A stretch of DNA of 62,382 nt, the filler included, from Jimgerdemannia flammicorona (Eukaryota), in NCBI GenBank assembly GCA_003990765.1. It is 3 parts of 3 records of this genome, joined end to end, with 100 filler letters (N's around TTAATTAATTAA, not from the genome) between each part and the next. Parts side by side here need not be neighbours in the genome. Positions count along the whole stretch, not along the records: positions 41,668 to 62,382 come from RBNJ01001602.1; 2 more parts are not named here. The stretch is one strand, 5' to 3'. Shown one piece after another: positions 62,281-62,382 of this stretch. The first letter of the stretch is position 1, and every line of letters begins with the position of its first letter. The translations under genes and the position numbers were made by a program. The notes beneath the pieces are model-generated. The model saw only the letters and a program-made list of their open reading frames with translations. It had not been told where the DNA came from and did no database searches.

Positions 62281-62382
62281 ATGACCAACATCGACCCACC
62301 TCCTACTCTTAATCTATCAAACCCCACTACTCTCGGTCAACCACCTGCCACCACAGAACCTCAACTCGTACCTCCTGGAGCG
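62281..62382 (+). CDS. Possible start of a Pro/Thr-rich ORF running off the window (MTNIDPPPTLNLSNPTTLGQPPATTEPQLVPPGA)
   Basis: ATG at 62281 and 34 codons open to the edge. Confidence 0.2.
   Translation, partial: MTNIDPPPTLNLSNPTTLGQPPATTEPQLVPPGA

Overview
Eukaryotic, intron-containing DNA, most consistent with an early-diverging fungus (Mucoromycota-like; this is inference). It is three contigs joined by N44-TTAATTAATTAA-N44 linkers. Two host genes stand out. (1) A minus-strand gene (8309-12289) made almost entirely of 23 tandem units, each one 28-aa RNase-inhibitor/NLRC3-type leucine-rich repeat on its own phase-1 exon (almost all exactly 84 nt) plus a near-identical 64-95 nt intron. All exons splice in frame and variation clusters at the exon junctions, which suggests a modular, shuffle- or skip-able recognition protein. 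(2) A >1,500-aa multi-exon gene (15433->20716, 5' end lost in a gap) joining ricin-B-type lectin domains and a repeat-rich linker to a fungal TRP-like channel. Most of the rest is a nest of decayed transposons: a hAT relic and hAT MITEs, dUTPase- and chromodomain-bearing Ty3/Gypsy elements, L1/Tx1-like LINEs and a half-tRNA-primed Ty1/Copia. These show heavy C:G->T:A decay that the LRR array has escaped. All coordinates and translations were worked out by hand; no database searches were run.
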